Below the pieces are notes generated by a model that was given only the letters and a program-made list of their open reading frames with translations, searched no databases and had not been told where the DNA came from. From NCBI GenBank assembly GCA_000388065.2, contig KB932201.1: 64,000 nt of DNA; one strand, written 5' to 3'. How positions within the stretch are numbered: position 1 is the first letter of the stretch; each line of letters opens with the position of its first letter. Of this stretch, positions 39,694-57,921 are shown one piece after another. The stretch is from Fonticula alba ATCC 38817 (taxonomy: Eukaryota > Protista > Nucleariida). A program made the position numbers and the translations under genes.

Positions 39694-39734
<41 letters not shown>

Positions 39735-40705
39735 CCTCTTGGGCGGCGCGCTGCTGTTCCTTTTCTTTGATTGCCCTTTCTTCCGGCTCTGGCTGACTCT
39801 TCTTCCTTGGCGTGAATGCCTTCCCCCCCCTCCTCCCTCCCTTCCGTGGGAAGTGCCCGTGCGTCCCNNNNNNNNNNNNNNNNNNNNNNNNNNNNNNNNN
39901 NNNNNNNNNNNNNNNNNNNNNNNNNNNNNNNNNNNNNNNNNNNNNNNNNNNNNNNNNNNNNNNNNNNNNNNNNNNNNNNNNNNNNNNNNNNNNNNNNNNN
40001 NNNNNNNNNNNNNNNNNNNNNNNNNNNNNNNNNNNNNNNNNNNNNNNNNNNNNNNNNNNNNNNNNNNNNNNNNNNNNNNNNNNNNNNNNNNNNNNNNNNN
40101 NNNCTGCCTCCCGAGGCCGCCCCACGGGGAGCTTGCGGCCCCTCCCCCCCCCCCTCCCACCGCGCCCCACCCACGCTCCCCTGAGAGGGACGCCCCGGCG
40201 GTGGCAGTCCGATCGCGCGGATGTACCCCGCAGTCCGGCGGTGCTGCTCGAGTCACTCAAGATCAGAACAGCATTCCAAATAGCTCCGTTGGCATCTGGC
40301 AGATGCCGGCATGCCCGACTGTTTGGGGGGGGGGCGGGGGACACAGAGGCCCTGCCCCCGAGGCGTCTCCTTTTTCTTCGTGCCGGCAAAGATCTCTCGC
40401 CTCTCCTCGCGATCCTCGCCCCCCTCGCCCGGCCGGGGCAACGGCCAGCATACGGAACAGACGTTCGGTTTGTATTATCTATATCAGAGCAGGGGAGGGA
40501 AAACAAGGCGCGCGGGCCAATGTGAAGCGGAAAAAGGAAGGAGGCAAATTGGGATCAAGGACATGCTCCGCCACAGGACCAGGGCACGGCCCACCCCTTT
40601 GCTGGGGAATTCGTGGGAGGCAGGACGCGCGCCGAGGTTCTCAAGCGAGCGCGGAGGAGGGTGGTGGGTGTAGGGGGGAGGGGGGGAGGGGGGGGGGAGT
40701 GTTTC

Positions 40706-41639
40706 TTACTTCTTGCCGGCGTCAGTGATATCCTCCTGCTCGGGGGCGGCGACGGCATCCTCAGCCGACATCGTCTCCTCCACACGAGTAACCTGGCTCT
40801 GGCGCGCGGCAGCACGCTTGAGCTCGGCCGCCTGGGCAATCTCGCGCTCCTGGGCCAGACGCTGCTCACGGCGCTGGATGGCCGCCTGGCGCTCCTGGTA
40901 CGTGCGCAGAACCGGCACCACATCCAGCGGGAAGCGCTCGTCATCCTGGTCGCGCAGGTAGTACAGCTTGGACCGGCGGGCCCGGTACGGGCGCATGACC
41001 TCGAGCTTGGTGATGAGCGGCGAGAACACCGGCACGGTGACCTCGATGATCTCGCTGTCACCACTGCCCGAGGTGTCGGACATGTCCACGCGCATGAGGA
41101 TATTCGAGCCAAGCTGCTTGCGGCGCACGGCCAGCACCGTCCCCAGCAGGGTGGTGAAGCTGGCCTGGTCGTCGTTCTTCTTGCTGATGCGGTAGGTCAC
41201 CGAGACGATGGCCCCAGCGGAGAGGCCCTTCGGGTTGGAGTCCTTCAGGAGCTCGGTGCGGCGCCGCATCTCCGGAGTGGAGTTCATCTGCTCGTGGTTC
41301 AGGAACTGCAGCATGTTGAAGGAGCCGAGATCGAAGCCGCGGCTACGGGCATACTGGTTGGCGTCCTGGCGGCGGGCTGGAGGGAGGGGCATATGGTCGG
41401 AGGGGGGGGGGGGGTGGAGGGGGCGCATGTGTGAATACCAGAGGAGAGGAGGAAGAGCAGCAGTCAAGGCGGAGGCAGGAGGACGCACCCTTGGCGCGAG
41501 TGAAAGAGATGCCACGAGCGATGGTGGTGGCAGTGGCACCGCCCAGGGGGGTCGCCACGACGGCGGCGGCGGCGGGGGCCCGGGCCAGGGCAGCCAGGCC
41601 GAGGGCTGGGCGGGCAATCTGACGAACCGAAGCGAACAT
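40706..41639 (-). CDS. MRPL19: Mitochondrial ribosomal protein bL19m (Img1 / MRPL19), 2 exons
   Basis: Presequence MFASVRQIARPALGLAALAR; AGAIVSV; LGTVLAVRRKQLGSNILMR; FSPLITKLEV; RARRSKLYYLRD. Confidence 0.9.
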
Positions 41640-41730
41640 AGCGGGCGCTGGATCCAAAAGGGGGCGGGCCCAGCAGTCTGACAAGGAGGGAGGGGCGTGC
41701 GCGGGTGAGTGTGTGCGTGGTGGTGAGGAA

Positions 41731-41783
<53 letters not shown>
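41731..41783. repeat. Poly-G tract (53 nt)
   Basis: Uninterrupted G run about 90 nt upstream of the MRPL19 ATG. Confidence 0.85.
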
Positions 41784-43109
41784 CGAGGGGCAAGGGATGG
41801 GAGCGGTGGCGGCAGCAGCAATCAGGGCGGAAGTGTGAAAGCTGAGGGTTGCCAGAGAGGAGGCGATGGGGGGCCTGGGAAGCGCTGATCATGGGGATGC
41901 ATCGATCCCCAGATGACGGCCGCGACAACGGTGCCAGGACACAAGAGGCTAATGCGTGGATGTCGAGGGGGGAGGAGGAGGAGGAGGAGGAGAGGGAGGA
42001 GGAGCAGAAGGCAAGAGCAACAGGGGCAAGACATACAAAGGAGGGCGGTGCGAGGGAGAAGATGGGAGGGGGAGGAGGCAGCGGGGTGGGGATGGGCCCG
42101 GGTCCGGGGTCGAATGGGGCCGCCCAAAAGGGCGCATCGCTCCGAACGGGCAGGCTCGCAACGGAGAAGGGAAAAGGGACCGGCCAACGGGGGGGGGGGG
42201 GGGGACGTTGTCCACCTTCCGGGGCCAGGGAACTCCCATCATTCGTGGTTAGGAAATTGGTCCGGCCTCGCGTCTTGTCGGCGGGGAGAGGGAGCGAATG
42301 CGCCTGGCCCCCCCCTCCCCCCCCCCATGGCGCCAATATTCTCGCGGCGTTCAACATTGGCCGGCGGGGTGTGAATGCGCGTGGTGCGGTTCGGGCGCCG
42401 GGCCTGGTCCGTGGTCGCGGCCTTCGTGGGTGTTCCGCCCACCAGCGCACCCACCTTCATCCCCTCCTCGAAACAGAGGGAAAATGGGATTCCTCGTGTA
42501 TAGCGGCAATGTCACGCCCGGGCATCACGCCCATCCCATGATCCCCTGATCATCGCTCTGTTTTCCCGACTCCTGTTCCCAATGGACCCCGCGGTAACAG
42601 GGCACATTCCCCGGGCTTCCTGAGGGAGGGAAGAGGCCCGCAGCCCTGGAGAATGGAACGGGGCCCGGGAGAGGAAGAGAGCAGTGCGCCGGCGCCTTCG
42701 CCCCGGTCGTTGCCCCATCGGGTTTGCCTTCCGGTGCTGGACCAAAGCAGCCTGCATCGGCCTGACCACCCCCCCCCCCCCCTGCCCTCCGATGGTGAAT
42801 GGGCCCTTGACGAACTTTGGATGAAAAGGTGATCCCCCCCCGCCGAAAGGCACGGTTAAAGTGCTTGGCCATCTTCCTTGTCAGACAGCCGCCCACCCTG
42901 GCCCCGCTGTGTGCTCAAACATGGGGGCGGGTCAGATCTCTGGCCTTGCGGAGCCGGGCAGATTTTTCCCTCGGCAGATCTTCGCCCGTCCCCTCGAGCC
43001 CAGCCACTCCCCTTCATTTCCCATTCCCCTCCCCCGCGTTCGGACGTTATTTTGTTTCCGCGCATTTCTTCTGTCCTCCCCCCACCTCTCTCTCTTTCCC
43101 CCTTCCATC

Positions 43110-44057
43110 ATGTTTGGTGGACTATTCGGCAAGGCCCCCACTCCCGAGGAGCGAGTCAAGCAGTGGCGCAGCCAGCTCCGTAATGAGACTCGTCAGCTCG
43201 ACCGCCAGATCCGCGGTGCGCCCCCCCCCCCCCCCCTCCTGCTCTCCCTATCTCTCTCTCTTCTCCTGCTGATGTCGCGCTTCCTCGGGGGTCCGTCAAC
43301 TCACCCCCCCCCTTTCCCCCCCCCCCCCCCCCCTTCCTCTCTCCCCTCGTCCGCTGGCTCTGACGGGCATGAAAGACATCGAGCGCCAGGAGCTCAAGGC
43401 CAAGCAGACGCTGAAGGAGTTCTCCAAGAAGGGCCAGATCGACTCGTGCCGGAGCCTGGCCAAGGAGCTGGTGATGTCGAAGAATGCCAAGAACCGCATC
43501 ATCCAGTCCAAGGCCCACTTGAATTCGGTGTCCATGCAGCTGACCCAGCAGCTGTCCTTCATCAAGGTGAGCGGGTCGCTGGCCCAAAGTGCCGAGATCA
43601 TGCAGGCCATGAACTCGCTCATGCGTGTGCCGGAGCTGAGCATGACCATGCGTAGCATGTCCAAGGAGATGGCCAAGGCTGGCATCATCGAGGAGATGAT
43701 GGACGATGCCATGGAATCCCTGGATGCCGACCCGGACTTCGACGAGGAGGTCAGCACCGAGGTGGAGAAGATCCTCCACGAGGTGTCGCTCGGTACGTGT
43801 CAGCGTGGGCTTCTGCATTTGCTTCCTTGTCATGCGGATGTGCTTTCAGCTGTTTCCCTTTCGCCCCTCTCTTGCCCACATGCTCCTGACATTGTCTGCC
43901 CTCTCGCCTGCTCTACTTTTGTCTGTCTGTCTGCGCAGGCGTCACTGGGAAGATGGCCCGCGCGCCGGTCGGGGGTCTGCCTGTGCAGCAGTCCGAGGAG
44001 ACCGCTGTCAGCGACTCGGACCTCGAGGCCCGGCTGCGTTCGCTGCAGCAGACCTAG
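43110..44057 (+). CDS. VPS24: ESCRT-III subunit Vps24 / CHMP3, 3 exons
   Basis: MFGGLFGKAPTPEERVKQW, RQLDRQIR|DIERQE, LAKELV, AHLNSVSMQL, MSKEMAKAGIIEEMMDDAME, terminal MIM-like DLEARLRSL. Confidence 0.95.
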
Positions 44058-44378
44058 ACAGCATGGGACTCCGCGCGCGCGCGCGCGCGCACACTCCCCC
44101 CCCCCCCCCCCCCACACACACAAAAGCACACATGGACCATGTATCCTTTCGTTTGTCTCCAAGTCAACCTTGTTCCCTCCCCCCTCCCCCCACCTCCCAT
44201 CGTCCCTCGCCTCGTCTGCCTATTCGCTGTGTGTGGGCCGGACAAAGGCGTAGAAATAGTAAAAAAGAAAGTTGCCCATCTCTTCGGTTTATCCCTGCCC
44301 AGCGGCGGTGTTTGGTATATTTGGATCTATTTTTCAGGAGGACAAAGGGAGTTTACCCGATGGCAGGGTGGAACTCAA

Positions 44379-45889
44379 TCAAGACTCCAAGACCTCCTTC
44401 AACTTGTTGGCAATCCTGCGCATGGCAATTGTGGCCGGGGAGGTGGGGCACGCGTCGGCAATCGGCCGTCCCTCATCACAGGCCTTGGCTATAGTTGGGG
44501 CATGAGAATGGGAGGGAGGAGGAGAGGGTCAGGAGTCTATCTAGCCAGGCAGAGGGGGGGGGGGGGCACGAAATGCCATGAACGCACCGACACGCGGATC
44601 AATCGGAATGGACCCAAGGAAGGGGACGTCAAAGTCCTGGGCGAGGCTACGCGCGCCACCGGTGGTGGCTGGGAAGATGTCGGTGTTGATCTGTGCACGG
44701 GCGGGCTGGTGTTAAGAGGGGAAACCGCATGAGGAGGGTAGGTGTGGATGGAAGAAAGTCCGGGGGAGGGGGGATGAAGAGACTGGGAAGAGGAAAAGGA
44801 GAGAGCAAAAGCGCTGGGCAACATACGCTACAGCCGGGGCACACGAAGCCAGCCATGTTCTCGATGATGCCGAGGACCGGTAGGCCAACTCGCCGGCAGA
44901 AGTTCAGCTCACGGCGGACATCGGCCAAGGCCACCTCCTGCGGGGTAGTGACAATGACAGCGCCGAATTTGGAGCCAGCATGCGTGGCCGCGGCCTCGGG
45001 ATGCTGGGCCGTGATCTCGTTGGCCTGCTTCAAAAGCTGGACAATGGAAATGTGCTCGTCCGAGGTGCCAGGCGGGGTGTCCACCAAGAGAACATCCGTT
45101 GGCTGGTAGTCCACATCGCGGAGGAACTGCTTGATCAGCCCTGTGTGTGATATGTGCTGGCAGGTGTCAGGGAAGGGCAAAAGCGGGAGACAAACGATGG
45201 GAGGGCAAAGGGAGAGGCTGAAACAGGGATGGACCACAAAGGGGGGGGGGGAGGGGGGGAGGGACCAGGGAAAGAGAAAAAAAGCCTCCACCACTGGGGA
45301 GCAGACGGCCCGAGCCGGGCGTGGCCATGGGCGTACCGTTCTTCTTGGGGCCGCGCCAGATAACCGCATCATCGCTGCGCTCCAGCATGAAGCCCACCGA
45401 CACGGCAAAGAGGGTATCTGAGACGAAGACCGGCGAAAGGCCAGAGGCAGTGCGCTGCAGGCGCTCAGCCCCGGCGCCCAGCAGCCGGGGAGCAGACGGC
45501 CCGGTAATGTCAATATCCACCAGGCCAACATCCCAGGCGTCAGCCTCGGGATCTGGATCGAGGTCCATGTCATCATCACCGCCAGCTGCGTCGTCACCGG
45601 CATTGGGATCGGCATCGAAGCCGCCTCGCGATAGCATCCAAGCCAGCTGCGAAGAGACGGTACTCTTCCCGACACCGCCCTTGCCACTGAGCACGAGCAC
45701 CCGATGACGGACCGGGAGCATGCGCTCGGCGATGGCTGCGGCATCCGGATCGACGGCCGGCTGAGGCGGCGAGCTTGCGCAGATGCGCTGGTTGGGACAC
45801 CCAGCGCAGGCGTCCATCTTGCCGGCGGCCTCGGACGAGGTGCCGGGGCAGTCCTGCGGCGGGGGGGCGCTCAGCTCAGCGGTGGACAT
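44379..45889 (-). CDS. NBP35: Cytosolic Fe-S cluster assembly P-loop NTPase Nbp35 / NUBP1, 4 exons
   Basis: N-terminal [14 protein letters not shown] cluster motif, [60 protein letters not shown]. Confidence 0.96.
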
Positions 45890-47346
45890 GATGCGTGCGT
45901 GTGTGTGTGTGTGTGTGCGCTGTGTGGGTGGGGAGGAGTGACTGGGGAGGAGGAGAGAGGAACAACAGAAATGGGAATTGGGAGCGGAAGGAGGCGGGGA
46001 TAGAGAGCAGACCATGTGCCCATACCCACCCAGGGCCGTGGACCACCGGCGCCCGATCAAGCCACTGTCGCCGGGTATTGCAGGGGGAGGGTGGTCAGAG
46101 GTGCCCCGTGGCCGCACAAGACTGCCAGAGCGGTCTGGCGCCGTCAGATCGCCCCCCCCCCCCCCCCCCCCCCCCCCCCCCNNNNNNNNNNNNNNNNNNN
46201 NNNNNNNCCCCCCCCCCACCCCCCCCCCCCCCCCCCCCCCCAAACCCCCCGGTTCTCTTACCACCAGACGGACAAAAAACAAAGGGGAGGGGGCCCCCCC
46301 CCCCCCCCCACGCCTGCCAGTGGAAGGAAGGGACATTGCCCGGGGGCCGACCAGGCATACATCAGCCAATGTGCTCACTCGCAGCCAGATACCCACACAC
46401 CCACACCCATGCTTGGTGTCGAAAGATCTGAACTTGGTCCCCCAGCCCAAACGTACTAGGCACGGCTTTGGGTGTTTGTCCGGCTTCCTTCCACGCCTCG
46501 GGGCTGCGAGGCGGAGTAATCAGCGCGAGCCTTAGGTAAGGGTCGGGCACACCACTCTGACGACCGGGCTGCGGTGTGATTACAACGTGATCCATCCATC
46601 ATCCGCATGATCAGACCGAGCGCTTTCATGGCCCCAAAGTGCCCGCGCGGCGGGGCCAGCTTCCAGCCGGTCAACCAGCCAGTTGGCCAGCCATCCACCG
46701 CCCTGGCAGCTCTCTGAGGCCCCGCCCCCCCCAGACACGCCAACTCCCCCCGTGGAAGTGGAGTCGAAGGGAGTGGTGGCCTTCGCCTGGCCCGGGGCCG
46801 GCGTGGGTCCTCCCGTGCTCCCGGCACCACCCGGGTGGATCTTGCCGCGGGTTGCCCTTCTTCTTTTCGAGCAGTGGACATATGCCCCCGAGCCAGCCGC
46901 ATGGGCGCGCCAATTGAATGATGACGCCACCTGGACCCCTGGGATGCTGGGCGCCCTCCGCCCCGCCCCGCCCCGCCACCGCGCCCTCCAGTCCCCCGGT
47001 CCCCGGGAACAACACGCAGGCATTTGCTCAAACACCCGGACCTTCGCATACCACCCCCTGGGATGTACGCGTGCACTTCGGGCGTACGCCTTGCCTCGCC
47101 TGCCTCCTCTCTCCCCCCCCCCTCGTGGACGATCTCCTGTCCCCTGGAAGGATCTTTGCCGACCACAAGCCGGGCGGGGATCTTCTTCAGCCACCAGGGG
47201 GGCGAGGGTGGCCCGGTCGGCACCGGGGCATCACACTCCGCCTTTGCTTGCGTCACGACATCCTCTTCCTCCTGGCACCTCAAAACACCCCAGGCCCGTA
47301 TACACGCACGCCCACCCACCCACCCAGCCCCACCCACACATCCACA

Positions 47347-48218
47347 ATGAGCGAGCAGGACAAGAACATGACCCCCATCGACGGCGTTCTCGAGGAGCTC
47401 CCGTCTGCCAAGCCGGAGGGCTTTGTCGAGGAGTTCCTTCATGACGATGAGGTCCACGAGCTTGTTGGTTCCGACGGTGAGGACAACATCGAGCCGGTCG
47501 ACGACATGATGGAGGCCTTTGAAATCGAGATGCACATGGGCTCCGACGATGAGGACAACCAGGACGACAGCATCGTGGAGGACATGTCCCGCGCGAACTA
47601 TGCTGCGCACAAGGGTTCGTTTTCATCGCCTTTTTCTCTCCCTCCCTCCCTCTCTCTCTCCCTCTCTCTCTCGCGCGCGCGCGCGCGCGCGCTGACCACC
47701 CCGAGCACCTGCTCACTTCGCTTGCACACTCTCTCCCTCACACTTCCCCCTCACACTTCTCCCATTTGCCACACGCAGGCCCGGTCTACGCGGTCGATGT
47801 GCACATGGGCGCTGGCCTCGTGGCCACTGGCGGCGAGGACCACAAGATCTTCCTCTGGTCCATGTACAAGCTGGATGAGACCCCGCTGGCTTGCTGGATC
47901 GCTCACACCGACTCGATTGTCTCGCTGAAGTTCAACGAGACCGGCTCGCTGCTCATCTCCGGCGGCATGGATGGCACCGTCTGCGTGTGGGATGTCACTG
48001 GCCGTTGCGGCAAGGTGGTTGACACCTCCAGCGATGTGTCCACCGATGAGCCGGTTGTCATTCTGACTGGCCCGTCTGAGGTCATTGTGCGTGCATCTGC
48101 CTCCTGCTGCGCCCCTCCCTTTCCTCCTTCCTGTCCCCTTTTGTCTGCTTTCCTCCACCCGCCCACGCACAAACGGCTGGTGCTTGCCTTCTGACGGGTG
48201 CTTCCCCCCCCTCCCCCT

Positions 48219-48258
<40 letters not shown>

Positions 48259-49208
48259 CACTGCTGGCACAACAGTGGGTCAAGTTCTCCCCCGACTACG
48301 AGACCATTATGGCCGGCTCGGAGGACGGCACCGTCTGGCTGTGGTACACTCCCCAGGCGCCGGAGAAGGGCGCCCCCAAGCTCAACCCCGATGACTTCAT
48401 GCAGAATGTCCTGGCCCACCATGAGGGCAGCGTGCATGTCGGCGAATTTAGCCCCGATGGTGCGTGCATGTTCACACCTCTTCCGTCTTCCGGAGGGGCA
48501 TCCCAATGAATGAAGGCACTTGCCGCACGCCGCCGCCCCTGACACACCCTCTCTGGCGACCTCTCCCCTCCCTCCCCCTCCCACGTACAATGCTCCACCA
48601 CAGGCAAGATGATTGTCACCGGCTCTTCGGATGGCAACCTGATTGTCGTGGACCCCCTCTCCGGTGTGGCCAAGCACACTTTCAGCAGCCAGGTCGATGG
48701 CCGCTTCCCCTCTGGCGGTATCACCGCTTGCGCCGTTCACCCCTCCTCGCAGCTGATTCTCGTCGGCAGTGACGAGGGCGGCCTGGCTCTGGTCAACTCC
48801 CAGACTGGCAAGGTGCGTCTTGCGTTTGTGTTCTCCCCGCTCCCGCTCTCGCTCTCTCTCCCCCCCCCCTCCCCCTCCTCCCCCCCTCTCCCTTTCTGCC
48901 CAATGCCTCCGACCGCCTAACACGACTTCCTCCTCCCTCTCCTCCCTCCTGCGCAGCTCATCTCCGTTCACGAGTCCCATGAGGATGGTGTCGAGTCGAT
49001 TTCCTATTCCCCGACGTATGCCTATCTTGCCACTTTCTTAAATGAGCCTTTTTGTGTGCCTGTTCCTCACATGCCCTCCTCCCCGTAGCAACCCCTTCGT
49101 TGCCACCGCCGGCATTGATGGCAAGGTCTGCATCTTCGACACCTCGAACATGCGCCGTCGCCACGTTCTTGCCCACCAGGTATGTGCTCTCTTTCTCTCT
49201 CCCTCTCC

Positions 49209-49239
<31 letters not shown>

Positions 49240-49364
49240 TCTCTTTCTCTCTCTCTCTTTCTCTCTCTCTCTTTCTCTCTCTCTCTCTTTCTCTCTCTCT
49301 CTGTCCTCCTTCTGGTTGCATCGCCAGTCATCATAGCCTTTCATGCTAATCCACCCTGCTATGT

Positions 49365-49396
<32 letters not shown>

Positions 49397-49649
49397 GGAG
49401 CCTGTCATCAAGACTGCCTGGCACCCGGTGGCCCCGCTCCTGGTCACCGCCTCCATCGACCGGTCGCTCCGTGTCTGGGACGCCCGCAATGGCACCCTTC
49501 TTAAGACCCTGACTGCTCACACTGAGGGTATTCTTGACATGGCGGTGTCGTTCCCGACCCACGCCCCGGCCGGCGTGCAGCCTGCCAACATCCGCGGTGT
49601 CGCGGTCACTGGTGGCGATGACAACATGGCCTTCCTTTTCGAGATCTAA
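47347..49649 (+). CDS. SQT1: WD40 ribosome-assembly protein Sqt1 / AAMP (uL16 chaperone), 7 exons
   Basis: Acidic N-terminus, ATGGEDHKIFLW, HTDSIVSLKFNETGSLLISGGMDG, MAGSEDGTVWLW, GEFSPDG, HEDGVESISYSP, VTGGDDNMAFLF. Confidence 0.85.
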
Positions 49650-50478
49650 GCTCACAACACCGCCATGTGCATTAGACACATGCGCCGCCGCGCATGCTGT
49701 TAGCTCTCCTTCTTCCTTTGCTACGCCTTGCGCAGGCGCACATGGCCTCCGGCTGGCAGACTGAAGCCGCATTTCATCCCTCCCCTTTCACTCCCTCGCC
49801 CTCTCTTCTGTCGGTGGAGGGAGCAGCCCGGCTGACTGTAGAATAACACTCAAATCCCAACAACAAACGTGCTCGGGGCGGGACGGGGGGAGGGGGGGGG
49901 GGGGCTTGCCCACGCATGAACAGATGGCGTCTCTCCGCCCTGACGTCGCGAACAATATAGCGAGAGAACCGACAGGTAGCCAGCCGCATGGGCACTTCGA
50001 GGGCGAGGAAACCTGTACCCGCGAACAGGGGGGAAGGGGGGTGACACGAGAGAGAAAAGTACAACAAGAAGCCTCAAAACAAGAGAAGGGGGTTAGAATT
50101 ATGCTTGTAAGACTGTATTGTGTTGGGGAGGGGAGTGGGGGGGGGGGGGACCTCACGCTCTGGCTCTGTCACCCGCAATACAATCAGGCGCAGGGCAACA
50201 GAGGCAGGGTAAGGAAAAGAGACAACAAAGGAGGGGGAACAAGGCACAGCGCAGGACTCACTGGCACAGCCCGGAGTCCTCCCTTCCGTGGGACACACGT
50301 AGGAGAGAGGAGGGCGAGGGGAATGGCCTCTTGAGAATGCGCGATATGCACACCGCCCGGCGCTCTACGCGCAATAAAAAAAGGAGGAGGGAAGCAAGGG
50401 CCTGAAAAAGGAAAAGGGAGATGAGGGAGAGCAACAGGGGGGAGGGGATCACCTTCCCTCGCCAAGTATTGCTTTGCC

Positions 50479-54776
<4,298 letters not shown>

Positions 54777-55473
54777 GGTCGAGGACGGGGCGCTAGACGC
54801 AGGCATGGGGGCAGGGACGGGAGCTGCAACGTGGTCGGCTGACAGACGAAGCAGGATCATCAAGACACGGGAGGAGGCGGTGTATGTCAGCGATGTGCCG
54901 GGCGTGGTGAGGGAGGACGGGGGGGGGGGGGGGAGGCGGAGGGAGAACGAACAGCGGCTCATAGTTTTATTATGCTATGGTCGAGGAGGAAGATGAAACC
55001 CGAAAGGGGAACGGGGCACCGGGCGCCAAGGGGGAAGACACAGACGGAGAAGCGTCAGAAATCGGGCGGAGGAGGCGGAGAGAACCGAAGAAGGAAGGCA
55101 GGAACGCGAGAAAGAGGCGGCAATGGACAAACCTTGGAGAAGAGGATGTAACAACAACAACTAAATCAAGCAAAGGGGTGAGGGCGATCCGCCTGGGTGG
55201 CCAGGCAGGAGGGCGGATCGTCAAAAAGGTCTGTTTCCCTCCCCCTACCTCGCCCCCCCCCCCCCCCCCCGGGCCGTGAGGCAAGCGTGTAACGGGCTGG
55301 CCCGCGCGAACAAGGCATGGGAACAAAATGCTCCCGCGCACGCGCGCACCCCCACCACAGACCCTCCCGCCCCCGCCCCCTCCCGCCTTGTGCCTCTGTA
55401 TCGGCCCGGGGTGACAGCGAGCCGTCGGGCCAGCCACGAACCGCCGGGCCCCATGGCGCGCTGCTCAGAAGCC

Positions 55474-55511
<38 letters not shown>

Positions 55512-57098
55512 CACGGAAGTACCATGCTGCGCGGGCCGGCTACGCGTGAGCCCCTCCGAGCCAAAGAGTAAATAGGAGCCACCGGCGACTACATGCCCGG
55601 ACACCAACCGCCAAGCTCTCGTTACCCGCACACCCCCCGACCGCGTTCACTGATGCGGCAGCATGAGCCCGGCCCCCGCTGAATCAGGGAGGGGTGGGGG
55701 GGGGGGGGGATAAAAAGTGATGCAAGAGTACCGACACAGGTCTTCCCCGCCTCAGCCCGACCACCGTGCCGAAAAAGCGAGGATATGAGGGCGCCGGCGT
55801 CCGGCGAGCCAACCCTGGAGTAGAATGATATGCTGGTATCACAGATTGGAAGAGGAGCAAACGGAAGACATACATGCCAGACAGCTCGCGGTAACAGCAG
55901 CAACAGCAGTAGCAGCAGCAGCCCAAGAGAAGACAGAAGACCACGGGCCCGCGAACAGGGATAGACAATGGACGCCAGCCGCAGAGGTTGCGGTCCGGAG
56001 GAAGGGACAGGCCGACAGGCGCCTTCAGAGCCCGGCCCGGCGGGATGAAAAAACACCGGAAGCGCCTGCAAAGAATCCGAAAGACACGCAAGACCAGGCT
56101 GGCGCCTGGCCTTCGGCGACTGGTGTCACTCATGCTCAAGAAGTGGAAAGCCCCCACCCTTCCAGAAGCCCCGAAACTGAGCAAGGGTTTGGCCTGGTAT
56201 AGGCGGGCGAGGGTAACCGGAAACGGAGAGCAACAGTACTGATTTCGGGGCCACGCTGCCACCTCACGAGCTGGGTCATGTGTTATTTTCCCCGCCAAAA
56301 CTGATTAACCGCCCGGCCTGCACTTGCCTCTTGCCCCCGCCCCCCCCCGCCCTCGGGCCAGAACATCAAGTCTTTCTCCTTGGGTCTGGGCGAGCATCGA
56401 GCTCGCCGTCGCGCCCCCCCCGGCACGTTCCCGAAGCCATCCCACGGGCGGTGCGGTGGGTCCTTCCGGCCCGCCGAGGGGTTTTGCCCCCCCCCCCCCC
56501 CCCCCCCCCCCCCCGCCTCCAGCGGCCGAGTTCAGGCTCTCATCGTTGGGACAGTCTTCCTCCCGCCCTCGTACAGGGCCGGTGGCAGCGGAAAGGCCAC
56601 TGGCGGATGGCAAATGTTGCCCCTGGAGGCCATGCTGACGCGGGATACCGATTTTGATCCGCAAGGGGGCGGGGCGGGGGGTGACGGACAAGGAACAGCT
56701 TCTCAGGTTACTTCCTCCTGGCCCACTCATCATCCGTAATTCGACAGCACGCCGAGCTGGCATAGTTCACAGGTGGGGGGGGGGGGGGGGGGGGGAGGGA
56801 GATGGGGACGCGTGTCAGGGCCCGAAATCCCAATAATTAGCGGCACGGCTTGGAACTCCCTAGCCCACAACCACATGATAGCGCGCTTTCTTCCGCCCCT
56901 ATCTCCCTCCCGGACGAGACCCGCCCCCCGCTTGCCCCCTCCCAGGTGGCCTGAGCATTTGGCCATGTCCCCTGGCAGGAATCCTGGGTTTTTTTCTGAG
57001 CTGCGAAGGCTTTTGCATGGAGGAGCTGTGGGTGAAGCACCAGCCCCGCCCCTTTTGATTGGAAGACCCATCCACCTTGGGCCGGCACCGGGATAGGC

Positions 57099-57156
<58 letters not shown>

Positions 57157-57180
57157 TGAGTGAGTGAGTGAGTGAGTGTA
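57099..57180. repeat. (GT)n followed by (GAGT)n microsatellite
   Basis: Long GT run followed by about 6 GAGT units. Confidence 0.9.
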
Positions 57181-57921
57181 TGCGCGAGTTGGCGCGGATG
57201 AGCGAACGAGGGAGAGGCATAGGGGGAGGAGAGCAAACTGCCAGATAACACAGGCCCTAGGGCTGCGGAAGCGGAATTTTGCATTCGTGGAGGGGGCCCA
57301 CTTGCGAAAGAAAAGGTCCCATTGACTCTCCTTCGGAGAGGAGAGGCAACACCCCGCCTCCTTTCCCCTCCTCCCAACTCTGCACACTTTGCCTGCCTGT
57401 CCTCCTTCTTGCCTCCCCTCCTGTCTTGCTATTGCCTGGGTATTTTGCCCTCTTCGCTCTTCAAGTGACTCGGCCTTTCCTTCTGGGAAGAACGCAACCT
57501 GGCAGCTATCTCGAGGGAACAGCGCCAGCGCGCCTGCCCAACATCCACCTGTGGCTCCGGCGCATGCTGTCTCTGGGAGCCTGAGCGGGCAATTCTAATT
57601 GGTGCCTGCCCAAGAGGGGGAAGGGGGGGCGGGCGGGCGGGCGGGCGGGCGGGCGGGGGCCGAGACGGCAGGGCGAAGGCTTGACATTGCATGCTGACGC
57701 ACTCGCGCTTTGGCTACGCTTACTGACCATGGCGTCGGCAAACACACTTGTTCGATTTGTTGTCGGTGGGTCGGGGGACGGGGAAAAACCGGGACCCCTC
57801 TCTGACGGATCAGCGAAGCAGTCGCCCGCGCATGAATTTCGCCATTAGCCGGATCGTTGGAGACAGTCTTACAAGGAGGACTTCTTCGGCATTTACCAGG
57901 ACCTGACGGCCCTCAGCAACA

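Noticed and set aside
55825-56202. 125-aa ORF between DED1 and the membrane protein
   Set aside because: No recognisable motif or splice partners, and ORFs of this length arise readily at this GC content.
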